DNA of 64,000 bases from Octopus sinensis (taxonomy: Eukaryota). The notes below the pieces were generated by a model. That model was not told the DNA's origin. It did not search any database and was given only the letters and a program-made list of their open reading frames with translations. Shown one piece after another: positions 13,403 to 25,179 of this stretch; the first letter of the stretch is position 1; every line of letters starts with the position of its first letter. The stretch spans positions 806,001 to 870,000 of the forward strand of contig NC_043018.1 in NCBI RefSeq assembly GCF_006345805.1. Direction: 5' to 3'. Both the position numbers and the translations under genes were made by a program.

Positions 13403-13785
13403 ATGGAAGCACTCCGTCGGTTACGACGACGAGGGTTCCGGTTGATCCGATCAACGGAACAGCCTGCTCGTGAAATTAACGTGTAAGTGGCTGAGCACTC
13501 CACAGACACGTGTACCCTGAACGTAGTTCTCGGGGATATTCAGCGTGACACAGATAGTGACAAGACCGGCCCTTTGAAATACAGGTACAACAGAAACAGG
13601 AAGTAAGAGTGAGAGAAAGTTGTGGTGAAAGAATACAGCAGGGATCACCACTATCCCTGCCGGAGCCTCATGGAGCTTTAGGTGTTTTGGCTCAAGAAAC
13701 ACTCACAACGCCCGGTTTGGGAATCGAAACCGCGATCCTACGACAGCGAGTTCGCTGCCCTAACCACTGGGCCATTGCGCTTCCA
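13403..13785 (-). mobile_element. SINE family A, full length
   Basis: Reverse complement of the 2393 copy; flanks TGTGTCGGACT / TGTGTCAGACT (about 11-bp TSD, 1 mismatch). Confidence 0.92.
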
Positions 13786-14164
13786 CTGTGTCAGACTACA
13801 ACGGTGTGTAAAGCAGGTACTGTGGAAATGATCTGAACATAAAATTACAAGAGAACGACGATGTCTATGAACTGTTGAACAATTTACTAATACACTTTCA
13901 GCTTCATACCTTTATTATTGGAGCAACAGGATACATACCGACCCACCTGGAGAAAAGTATAACTGAGGTTGGGATATTGGCGAGAGAATGCATATCTTTA
14001 ATTCATTGCTACAAATGATCACGATACCTGGGAATATTAATGGCCTGCTGATGATTTGAAGGTTGAAGGTTAGAACAACATATTTTCCTTCACAACATAG
14101 ATACCAAGTGTGTGGCGGTTCAAAATTTACTCTAAGGTTTAAAAAGCAGAAAAGAAGAATAAAC

Positions 14165-14206
<42 letters not shown>

Positions 14207-14217
14207 GTATACAAATG

Positions 14218-14427
14218 CATATTTCAAAATAGAAAATTACCCTTTAACAAGTAATTTTTACATGCTAGAAATAGCAGCCAACACGGCCAAAACCACAATT
14301 TAATATCACATTCGTTTTTCATCTACTTCGGAATTTGCTATTAAATTGTGGTTTTTGGCCGAGTTGGCTGCTATTTCTAGCATGTAAAAATTACATGTTA
14401 AAGGGTAATTTTCTATTTTGAAATATG
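14218..14427. repeat. inverted repeat, about 88-bp arms and 33-nt spacer
   Basis: CATATTTCAAAATAGAAAATTACCC..CACAATTTAATA (14218-14305) pairs with TATTAAATTGTG..GGGTAATTTTCTATTTTGAAATATG (14339-14427); related single arm at about 33535-33630. Confidence 0.9.
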
Positions 14428-15361
14428 AATATGCTGTCTATTTTGAAATATGAATATGCTGAGCCACTGGTAGTGATATTTATAACAAATATTCGCCACC
14501 CTGTATATATATACATATGTATATTTTTCGTACTAGTGTACGTAGATCTGCATTATTAAAAAAATCCTTAATTGCAACTTGTTCTGTTTACCTATTTTAA
14601 AACAGATATAACAACCTGCATTCTTTCAACAGACAGCTAAATATCTATAGTGAAGCTAATGTGCAACACAGCTATGTTTTTAAATCCCGTATGCACAGAG
14701 CCAATCAGATTTAGATGCGTTACATCTGTCCTTTTTTTTTTCCAACTCAGAAGATTTCTTCTGAAATACTTCTAATATATCTAAGCCTTATCTTGTGAAT
14801 TCAACACACACGGATCCGTCAGAGCATGTTCTATATAATTTATATTTCGCCACCGCTACAACCACACTTACTTATTTATCAGTCGATGACAAAGAAATAC
14901 ATGCGAAACACGAGGTGAATCATTCTCTGTTTAATATTCCACTGAGAACTCAGCAAAGATAACATTGTTATAACAACTGAAATATGTGAACAACGTATGG
15001 TTTTGATTAGTTGCGCAAATGCATGGTTTTATTTCATTTTTTCCCGTTTTGTTTTGTATGTTCATTTGTATTTCAGCAAAGCAGTGTTTCGCTTTATATG
15101 AAATTATAAGATGTACTACATTCATGAAAAATATTCTGTTGTGTTGTTTTTCCCTTAAAACCTGTCGTAACTGTTTTCAACTTGTAACAATAAAGTAGAG
15201 AGTAAATGTATTTTACCATCTTTATAAGAACTCCGTGTTCTACAAAAGAGGTTTCAGGAATATTAGCTTAGAGTTATAGTACATGACTGCAATAATAATT
15301 CAATTTATTATTACTTGCAATATAGAAAGTAATTTTTTAATTCCTTTCTAGATATATTCTT

Positions 15362-15555
15362 TCTTATTTCTTTATTGCCCACAAGGGGCTAAACATAGAG
15401 AGGAGAAACAAATACAAACAAACGGATTAAGTCGATTACATCGACCCCAGTGTGTATCTGATACGTAATTTATCGACCCCGAAAGGATGAAAGGCAAAGT
15501 CGACCTCGGCGGAATTTGAACTCAGAACATAACGTCAGACGAAATACCTATTTCT
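15362..15555 (-). mobile_element. Meta-type SINE (family C), 5'-truncated
   Basis: GACCCCGAAAGGATGAAAGGCAAAGTCGACCTCGGCGGAATTTGAACTCAGAAC on the + strand. Confidence 0.85.
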
Positions 15556-16099
15556 TTGGAGTCTTCAACTTCAATATTCACTTAATGTTTTATGTCTGTG
15601 CGTATTATACCTAATTAGCAAGGTGACTCAATTTAAGTACCTAACTCAACGGAAACGTAATTACATTTTTATTTGGCAACAGTATACATATGTATATAGA
15701 TCACATTCTCAATGCATTTGTTCTTTTGCTGTTTGTAAGATTCGCTGCAATATTGGAGCTTGGACACGAGCCCTTTCAAATCTGGGTGTTGAAATACCTG
15801 TAAGTCCCTGGACAGGTGAAACAACTTGCCTCGGAGCGTATTCAGAAGTGTGGGATACCGACATTTCGACATTGTGACTTATTAACATGACGTGCGTGTA
15901 TCGATCTGGGGACGAACCGGACAAGCAGTCTATAACTATATATAAATACTGTAAAAAATGATTGATGTATCACGGGTCCCCCCAGGAACTTGCACGCAGC
16001 AAATCCAGTGAATAAAAAATACATGTATTTAGTTAATGCTAGCGGTAATATTTACACCACTAGCGCTTCTTTTAATTACTTATTGAATATATATATATA

Positions 16100-16290
16100 A
16101 AGTTAATACAAACAAGAAAACACAAAAAACACAGCAACGCGAGGACGTGGAACAAATAAAGTATTATCGGACGCTCAGGAAAGAAGGGAAGGAGGATTTT
16201 ACGTTTCGAGCAGAGCTCTTCGTCGGAAACAAAGGAGAAGGAAAGATACCGAGAAGGGAAGACAGAGGAAACAAAATTGGTGGCGGTGCT
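16100..16290 (-). mobile_element. Penelope-like pseudo-LTR fragment with hammerhead-like motif
   Basis: Homologous, in opposite orientation, to 45410-45630; minus strand GTTT-CCGACGA-A-GAGC TCT GCTC-GAAAC-GTA-AAAT. Confidence 0.6.
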
Positions 16291-16370
16291 CACGAGGTCA
16301 CATGTTGAAAAAAAAAATATATATATATACATGTATATATACACACACATATATATATCTAAATTTATAT

Positions 16371-16420
<50 letters not shown>

Positions 16421-16429
16421 GAGAGTTGT

Positions 16430-16610
16430 ACGTTATAGAAAACCTAAAGACAAAGACAGGTGTATGAACAAGTAGCAAGTGTATTATTTTGACGCTCAAG
16501 AAAATGGAAAGGTGCTTTTACGTTTCGAGCCTACACTCTTCAATAGAAAGGGATAAGAAAAAAATTAAGAGAGAGAGAACTAAAACATCTTCTGGATTTC
16601 AGCGTTCCAT
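16430..16610 (-). mobile_element. second pseudo-LTR-type fragment with degenerate hammerhead-like motif
   Basis: Homologous to 41230-41420; minus strand CTTT-CTATTGA-A-GAGT GTAG GCTC-GAAAC-GTA-AAAG. Confidence 0.55.
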
Positions 16611-16614
16611 CAAT

Positions 16615-16672
<58 letters not shown>

Positions 16673-16708
16673 GCCATGTGGTTTGCACATTTGCCGAAAG
16701 AGTTTCCA

Positions 16709-17032
16709 ACATCTTTTCACCCTGTGTTACACCAGATATCTCTGATTATGTAGTGTAGTTTTCCGCAAATTTTGATAAAGTTAAGACGTGACTTGACAAA
16801 TGTTTGACTGCTCTTTCACGCAGGTCGAATGATTACATAAATGTCTCGCATGTTTCCTGAATTCGTAGCATATAGTATAATTATTTTAGCTGTAGAATAC
16901 GTGAAATAGACAGAAATTGTGTTTGATATGTATTGAAAGAACAACGTCAATAAATTGTCACTAAATATTTGGCTAAGAAAATGGTGGCTACTAGTGGTTT
17001 TGTTTTTCAGACAATCAGGTTAATGTGATTGG
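16709..17032. repeat. copy 1 of a local ~325-bp direct duplication (copy 2 at 20221-20537)
   Basis: AACATCTTTTCACC..CAGACAATCAGGTTA present twice with only a few substitutions. Confidence 0.92.
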
Positions 17033-17789
17033 CTCTTGGCTATAATCAAATAAATGGAATCGCATTTAGAGTTGACCCATATCATGAATTAAGGAGTGTT
17101 ATACACCTTGAGGGAATTGTAAGACAGAAAATAAAAAAAAATGAAAGACATGTGATGAGATAAACACAAAATTACCAAATGTATGACACAGCAGCACAAA
17201 CCGTGTACGTTTGAGAAAGAAATATAGATATTTATGTCATTGAATTACAAAAAAAATAAATGTAAGTTCAGAGATAAAAAAAAAATTGCTTCAAAATATA
17301 ATGTAAGCAAAACAAATAAACGAAATAAAAACGAAAAGAAGACAAGCGTTGATTATATTGATTTCTTAGACGGAAAAGTGGTATGATCGATTAAACCGAA
17401 CCTGGTACCTTGTGTGATACATTACAGTTAAGATACGAAAAGGATGAAAAATAATTTTGTTGACCCCGATAGGGACTGAACTCCAAATATAAACGGTTGT
17501 ATCTAAACAACACAGAGTAGTTTGTAATATTCTGTTATTACACTAAAATATCAATTCCTTAAAATGAAACGAATATCAGTGTCTTAAAGAATAAATGTAA
17601 ACCAGTTTTTACCGCCAACCGATGACAAAGCCATGTTCGAAATAATTCTAGTCTCGTTCTTATGGTGAGGGCTACATAGAAATGTTCGTATTTTTACTCC
17701 TCACTGCAAAACCAACTAAGTATATTCTGATACTATCTTATACTTTCAATCTTATTTTATCGAATGCCGAACGAAATTATCGGAAGGCA

Positions 17790-18203
17790 CGGATCTTTTC
17801 GGTTTGAACGGCAGTTTTTTCTAGCGGTGTCATATGAAATTGTCACCCATAATCATAACCCTTGTATCTATCTATTGCATTTCAATCTGTTTTAGGGTTA
17901 GGGTTAGGGGTGGGAAGGGTATATTTTTTCTTCACAAATGTAAATAAACCTAATCTGTTTCTTAAGCGAGAGAAATATTCATACGGCACAGAATGTTGTT
18001 TACCTCAATGGACGTCATTGATTGGTTGAAATTGCAGAAATTGAAGAAAAAAGCAACAAATAGCTTACAACTATAGAATTTTCTCAATAAGGCCAAGAGA
18101 AAAGGATGTTTTATAAACACAATCTAACAGTGTACGAAGTTTAAAAGTGTTTAGTTACGTCAAAATTATTTTTAAAAACTGCCGTTCAAACCGAAAAGAT
18201 CCC
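17790..18203. mobile_element. MITE-like element with ~29-bp TIRs, internal (TTAGGG)3, flanked by a 38-bp direct repeat
   Basis: GGATCTTTTCGGTTTGAACGGCAGTTTTT ... AAAAACTGCCGTTCAAACCGAAAAGATCC; flanks TTATTTT(A/G)TCGAATGCCGAACGAAATTATCGGAAGGCA at 17752-17789 and 18204-18241. Confidence 0.85.
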
Positions 18204-19389
18204 TTATTTTGTCGAATGCCGAACGAAATTATCGGAAGGCATATTTTGATCATCCGAGTTACAATTAATCATTATGTAAAAGAAGGTAATAAAATATCAA
18301 TTTATTCACAACCTACAAGCAGATTTATTTTAATATCCACAATTACTGTAGCAGTGAGACGGCAGAATCTTTAGTAAGCTCGGCAAAACGATAAGTGGTA
18401 TGTCGTCATATTTTTCGTTCTGACTTCAAATTCCGCCACACTCTACTTTTGCTTTAATAAATTTCAGGGATCAATAAACATAAGTACGAGCTGACTACTG
18501 GTATTGATTTAAACAAGTTACTCTACCCTCCGAAATTGCTGGCTTGTACCAAGATTTGAATTCAGTATCCATAATTACCAGCACCAAATCCGCCGCTTCC
18601 ACAATTTTCTTATGTGATCTGAACAATGGAATTTGGTTGAGCAATTGATTCAGTATTAAAAAAATTATTTTCTGATATTGAAATTGATAAACATTTTCTT
18701 TATGCCTTGAATTCAGAACCTATAAGCGTTAACTTTTCCTCTAAAGATGTGCTTTAATAGAAACGATGGTGCGTCTGTAAATTCATGTCAGCCTTTTACT
18801 GCTTGAGATGCAATCGTGAACAAATTTCGTGTTTCGTCATTCCAGGGTCGATAAAATAAATTAGCAGTCAAGTGCTGGTGATATTTAATCAATATAACTC
18901 CTTTCACGTAAAATCGATTATGTGTCTACGTGGGTGAAACATAAATATTTTATCTGAAAAAGGATGAAGGAGTATTCATGCGTTTCCAAAAAGAATATTG
19001 ATAGAACATAAAAAAAAACAAGTATTTTAATATTTTCTCTTTTGAATTATTATTTCGATTTATTACTTGACGGCCCATGGAAGAAGTGTATCATTAAAGA
19101 GTCGGAATTAAATATTTGTTGTCCCATCCAAGACTTTAGACCCTGCTACAAATTCTATTGATATGACTTTTGCCTTTTATTCTTTGGAGTTCGAAAATAT
19201 AAAATGTCAGCCAAGATTACATCAACTAATCCCCTTCCATCAAATTTATTAGTTTCCAGCTACAATAATAGGTTGTTTTTTTTTTTTTACTAAAATATGG
19301 TTGATTGGCAATAAAATGCCTAGTGCTCTTTATTACTGCTTTTTGCGTTCAGTTGAAACTTCTCGAACGATCCTTCCAAGACAGCTCAC

Positions 19390-19475
19390 CTAAGAGTCTC
19401 TTTTCGATTCAGTTGATTAATTCTCTCGCTCCAAATTTCGGTTCTTCCAGTTATATTGGAAGCATCTATTTTCTC
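19390..19475 (-). CDS. candidate coding exon of unidentified minus-strand gene (EKIDASNITGRTEIWSERINQLNRKETL)
   Basis: Pyrimidine-rich acceptor region TTCCTTTTGCTTCAG..CTTTAG|, donor TAG|GTGAGC, 86 nt open in one frame. Confidence 0.4.
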
Positions 19476-19688
19476 CTAAAGCTGAATATCTGAAGCAAAA
19501 GGAATTTAGCATGTCTTAGGAAGTACTTTGTCAAAAGCTTGATTGAATTTGGTGGAATGTTCTGTTAATTTTTTCAGGTTCCTGAAAGCGGCGACCGGAC
19601 AGAATGCTTAGTGGCATTTCGTCCGTCATTATATTCTCAGTTAAAATTACGCCGAAGTGAGTTTGCCTTTCATCCCTTAAGTGGTAGG

Positions 19689-20058
19689 CAGTGGTTAGGG
19701 CAGCGGACCCGCGGTCGTAGGATCGCGGTTTCGATTCCCAGACCGGGCGTTGTGAGTGTTAATTGAGCGAAAACACCTAAAAGCTCCACAATGCTCCGAC
19801 AGGGGATGGTGGTGATCCCTGCTGTACTCTTTCACCACAACTTTCTCTCACTCTTACTTCCTGTTTCTGTTGTACCTGTATTTCAAGGGGCCGGCCTTGT
19901 CATTCTCTGTGTCACGCTGAATATCCCCGAGAACTACGTTAAGGGTACACGTGTCTGTGGAGTGCTCAGCCACTTACACGTTAATTTCACGAGCAGGCTG
20001 TTCCGTTGATCGGATTAACCGGAACCCTCGTCGTCGCAACCGACGGAGTGCTTGCATC
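19689..20058 (+). mobile_element. SINE family A inserted in an older Meta-type SINE relic
   Basis: Matches the 2393 copy; preceded by a degenerate family C head at 19585-19680. Confidence 0.9.
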
Positions 20059-20220
20059 CAATGTGGTATGTAAAATAAGTAACAATATTGTAATGGGGTT
20101 GATGTAATCGACTTTCCCTCTCCTCAACATTGCTGGCCTTGTGCCAAAATACGAAACCGATATTTAAGTTACTCACTGCTGGTTATTGTAATCAGTTTTG
20201 TGGTTTGATTCAGTTATTAG

Positions 20221-20537
20221 CAACATCTTTTCACCTTGTGTTACACCAGATATCTCTTATTAAGTAGTATAGTTTTCCGCAAATTTTGATAAAGTTAAGA
20301 TGTGACTTGACAAATGTTTGACTGCTCTTTCACGCAGGTCGTATGATTACATAAATGTCTCGCATGTTTCCTGAATTCGTAGCATATAGTATAATTATTT
20401 TAGCTGTAGAATACGTGAAATAGACAGAAATTGTGTTTGATATGTATTGAAAGAACAACGTCAATAAATTGTCACTAAATATTTGGCTAAGAAAATGGTG
20501 GCTACTAGTGGTTTTGTTTTTCAGACAATCAGGTTAT
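20221..20537. repeat. copy 2 of the ~325-bp direct duplication
   Basis: See 16709-17032. Confidence 0.92.
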
Positions 20538-20690
20538 CATTCTCGAACGTACGATCCACACATGCAAAAAGGAACGTCACGCCTGATATTTCATTTAATT
20601 CGTATTTAGCAACACATACTATACCGCGTCACATATTTTTGAGAACGTCTGTTTTTAATTCAGGAAGAAAGTTTACTAACATTAGCTCAC

Positions 20691-20806
20691 TGAGATATAA
20701 AACAGAAACGCCATCATACGATGTTAAGCTCGTGAATAACTTTGAATGGTAAATGTGTTGTAAAGGATTCTTTATGATACGATCAATGTAGACAAACAAG
20801 GTATTT
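20691..20806 (-). CDS. candidate coding exon (NTLFVYIDRIIKNPLQHIYHSKLFTSLTSYDGVSVLYL)
   Basis: Acceptor CAGTTCTTTTAG|, donor CTCA|GTGAGC (an alternative donor near 20632 is possible); lies in ORF 20629-20826; protein-like composition. Confidence 0.4.
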
Positions 20807-21184
20807 CTAAAAGAACTGTAACGCACCAGTAGCTGATAAATATCTCTTTACCAATGTAAGTTCTACATATGTTGTTCCAAAGGCATTCAATGTTTATCCG
20901 TTATTGACTAAAAATTTGTAAGTAACGAACAAAATTTGCCCGTCATTTCTATACTGCAACACCGCAGAAATTGCATCAGAGTTTCAAATTTTGACACAAA
21001 ACAAGCGATTTCAGTGTGATAGGGTAATATTCTTGTTGTGTATCCTGAAAGGTGACTTCGGCAGAATTTTAACTCAGAAAGTGAAAACAGACGAAATGCA
21101 TCTAAGAGTTTTTCCCGGGGTGCGAACGATACTTTTCTACTCTAGGCATAAGGCCCGAAATGTTTCGGGAGGGTACCAGTCGAT

Positions 21185-21590
21185 TAGATCGACCACAGGA
21201 CACAGAGAGGACACAGAGGGGACAAACAAGGACAGACAAACATATTAAGTCGATTATATCGACACCAGTGCGTAACTGGTACTTAGTTTATCGACCCCCG
21301 AAAGGATAAAAGGCAAATTCGACCTCAGCGGAATTTGAAACCCGAACATAAAGACAGATGAAATACCTATTTCTTTACTACCCACAAGGGGCTAATCACA
21401 GAGGGGACAAACAAGGACAGACAAACGGATTAAGTCGATTATATCGACCCGAGTGCGTAACTGGTACTTAGTTTATCGACCCCGAATGGATGAAAGGCAA
21501 AGTCGACCTCGGCGAAATTTGAACTCAAAACGTAACGGCAGACGAAATACCGCTAAGCATTTCAACCGGCATGCTAAAGTCTCCAATGCA
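21185..21590 (-). mobile_element. head-to-tail pair of Meta-type SINEs
   Basis: Two consecutive copies joined at ..CAGATGAAATACC|TATTTCTTTACTACCCAC (about 21368). Confidence 0.85.
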
Positions 21591-21871
21591 AAGGTATTTC
21601 AATTAAATAACGAATTACGATTGCTGTTTTGTCCTGAGAAATATATTCTATTCCTCGTCGGAGTTTCTGTTTTTAAGGTAGAAGTCACTGAATATGCAGA
21701 AAATTTATGTTGAGGCTTTGTAAAAACGCATCGTTTTGTGAGCATGTGAAACAATGGTTTTCTCGTTTGGTTAAAAACATGTTTCTCTTCCCTTTCATCT
21801 TTACCCTTGCTTACTCACACGTTCTACTCCATACTCATTCTGCCTCTACTCCATCTATCTATCTATCTATC

Positions 21872-21905
<34 letters not shown>

Positions 21906-21906
21906 C

Positions 21907-21990
21907 TCTACCGTAGCCTCGGGACGACCAAAGATTTGTGAGTCAATTTGGCAGAGGGAAACTGAATGAAGCCCGTCGTATATGTATCTG
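21907..21990 (+). mobile_element. partial V-type SINE family B
   Basis: TAGCCTCGGGACGACCAAAGATTTGTGAGTCAATTTGGCAGAGGGAAACTGAATGAAGCCCGTCGTAT. Confidence 0.75.
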
Positions 21991-22044
21991 TGTGTGTGTA
22001 TGTGTGTGTGTATATATGTATGTATATATATAAACATATATATA

Positions 22045-22136
<92 letters not shown>

Positions 22137-22297
22137 GTATACATATATATGTTCATACATTCAAACATTTTAATATTGTCTATAAAATTTCATTAATTAG
22201 ATATATGTGTGTGTGTGCATATATATATATATATATTATATTATATATATATATTATAAATATACTTATACATATGTGTGTGTATGTATGCACGCAA

Positions 22298-22338
<41 letters not shown>

Positions 22339-22920
22339 ATATATATACATACATACATACATATGTGTGCGTGTGTGTGCAGGGTGTGGCTTGTATATTT
22401 TGCCACAAACATCCATAACAAACAATGTACGTCAGTATATATGATCGTGTATATAAATTGCGGTGTATTCAAACTATGTGAACATTCATATAAATATACA
22501 TGAAATATCTGACACAATATCGAAGAATTTCTCAATATTTTCAACATTTTCTATTAGAAAATTAATTGAATTAAAACTGACATTTTCCAAATTATTGTTC
22601 AACTATAAAATTTAGCATCATGCTGTGTTCATATGTCCCACATCTCCAATGTAATTTATTTCCTGACCAGAAATCAAACAAAATTGCATAAAGTCAAATT
22701 ATACGTAGATGTGAATAAACATCTATCTATGTTTGTATGAGTTATGTATGCGTACTATAATTTTTTGGTGGGGTTGCACACATGTTTTTACGTATAGACA
22801 CACATACACGGTCGCACTCATACACACACACACATTCGCAAAACTGAGACACATACAAATATTGTACATATCTATATTCTTACAGGCATGTATACAACAT
22901 ATGTGCCTATATATATATAT

Positions 22921-23028
22921 TTATTATATAGAAGGAGCTTCTACAGGACTAGAACTGTTTCATTCAAGAGGAAGATTTCTCTTGAATGAAACAGTTCTAG
23001 TCCTGTAGAAACTCCTTCTATATAATAA
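22921..23028. repeat. near-perfect 108-bp palindrome
   Basis: 50-bp arms TTATTATATAGAAGGAG..CATTCAAGAG / CTCTTGAATG..CTCCTTCTATATAATAA with one mismatch and an 8-nt loop. Confidence 0.92.
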
Positions 23029-23099
23029 ATTAATTTTACTCTGCTATGTATTGAGTACCTTATTTACTGTGGTTAACCCCGAATCAACCCGGGACCTAC

Positions 23100-23166
<67 letters not shown>

Positions 23167-23169
<3 letters not shown>

Positions 23170-23301
23170 TCTTTTACTTGTTTCAGTAATTTTGACTGTG
23201 GCCATGCTGGTGCACCGCCTTTAGTCGAGCAAATCGAATCGACCCCGGGACTTATTCTTTGTAAGCCTAGTACTTATTCAAACATAGGCACAGACACGCA
23301 A

Positions 23302-23387
<86 letters not shown>

Positions 23388-23552
23388 TATACGACAGGCT
23401 TCTTTCAGTTTCCGTCTACCAAATCCACTCACAAGGCATTGGTCGACCCGGGGCTATAGCAGAAGATACTTGCCCAATATGCCACGCAGTGGGACTGAAC
23501 CCGGAACCATGTGGTTGGTTAGCAAGCTACTTACCACACAGACACTCCTGCG
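23167..23552 (-). mobile_element. V-type SINE family B (internally deleted)
   Basis: Reverse complement of the 10987 copy with expanded internal (TA)n(CA)n. Confidence 0.88.
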
Positions 23553-23579
23553 CATATATACAGTGAGTGGGAGATAGAG

Positions 23580-23642
<63 letters not shown>

Positions 23643-23741
23643 CGAGAGATAGACATTTACGTATGAGAGTAAGAAGACAAGTGAAAGGGGCGCCAATATA
23701 TTTTGCACTAAAGCAATATATATATGCAGAAACACACACAA

Positions 23742-23776
<35 letters not shown>

Positions 23777-23777
<1 letters not shown>

Positions 23778-24168
23778 CTTTATATATAAAAGAGAGGTTG
23801 TGTGCTGTCTGTGTCCTACGATTTAGATTCCTAACTACTCCCACATTTTGCGGTACAGTTTAATCAAAAGCGGGTATCTTATAGTTGTGATTCATATCGA
23901 ACCCTTCTGGGTATTAGCGCGCGTCTACGACGAGTCTATGATTTAAAAAAAAATTACCATCATTTTTTTCCATTTTAATGCATTTTTTCGCTATTATATA
24001 AGGGAAGTAACTCTCTAAAAATGTCTACGATGAGTCAACGAGTTTAAAAAAAAATTACCATAAATTTTTTTCCATTTTTAATGCATTTTTTTTTTGCTAT
24101 TTTTTGGCTATAACTCTTATATAGTTATTTCCCTTACAAACCAGAGCAACGCCGGGCGATACTGCTAG
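23777..24168 (+). mobile_element. complete non-autonomous Helitron (392 bp)
   Basis: 5' A|TCTTTATATATAAAAG, 3' GAGCAACGCCGGGCGATACTG-CTAG|T, inserted at an AT dinucleotide with no TSD; internal tandem repeat (GTCTACGA..AAAAATTACCAT..AATGCATTTTTT x2). Confidence 0.8.
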
Positions 24169-24341
24169 TATATATATAAATGTGTGTGTGTATGTCAGTG
24201 CCAGGTTTTGCGGACGCTTAGACAACAAAGAAAAATATATGCATGCACGTATCCATGGTCTTTCAGACAAATATTCACCCTTTTGTATGTTCACATATAA
24301 ATACAGGAATAGAGGTCCTTATGCACGCATATAACACTGGT

Positions 24342-24379
<38 letters not shown>

Positions 24380-24588
24380 GCACACACACATTCAGACAAC
24401 TGATTTCCACGCAGCTGGTATAAATTTGTGACGCGTTCACCCACATTATCGCACACGCACGTACACACTCACGTTTGATATGCACGTGCACCGATGCGTG
24501 CATGCGCCCTAGCAAACACGCGCATACGCAGACACCTGTTTGCACACCTGCGCACTCGCATCTTGCACCCACGCATAAATGATATGGG

Positions 24589-24945
24589 ATGGAAGCACTC
24601 CGTCGGTTACGATGATGAGGGTTCCGGTTGATCCGAATCAACGGAACAGCCTGCTCGTGAAATTAACGTGTAAGTGCCTGAGCACTCCACAGACACGTGC
24701 ACCCTTAACATAGTTCTCGGGGATATTCAGCGTGGGCCGGCCCCTTGAAATACAGGTACAACAGAAACAGGAAGTAAGAATGAGAGAAAGTTGTGGTGAA
24801 AGAGTACAGCAGGGATCACCACCATCCCCTGCCGGAGCCTCGTGGAGCTCTTTTAGGTTTTTTCGCTCAATAAACACTCACAACGCCCGGTCTGGGAATC
24901 GAAACCGCGAGTCCGCTGCCCTAACCACTGGGCTATTGCGCCTCC
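24589..24945 (-). mobile_element. SINE family A with internal deletion
   Basis: Reverse complement of the 2393 copy; flanks ACGCATAAATGATAT / ACGGCATAGATGATAT (approximate TSD). Confidence 0.9.
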
Positions 24946-25179
24946 ACGGCATAGATGATATATACGCATAGTTTTTAAACAACCGCATCTACGTACTTAA
25001 GCATTTGGTATGCAGGTATAAACTCTGACTCTCACTGGCCATGTTTCTATTGGCCAGTACGTTCATCAAAATTCAGTCAGAATGCAATTCGCCACCAGCT
25101 TCCTATCCAACTATGCAACCTAAGAAATTCTCCTTTCAAATGCATCTGATGCTGTTGTAACGACGATCTCACTTCTAAA

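Noticed and set aside
17892-17909. Interstitial telomere
   Set aside because: Only three TTAGGG units, lying inside a TIR element.
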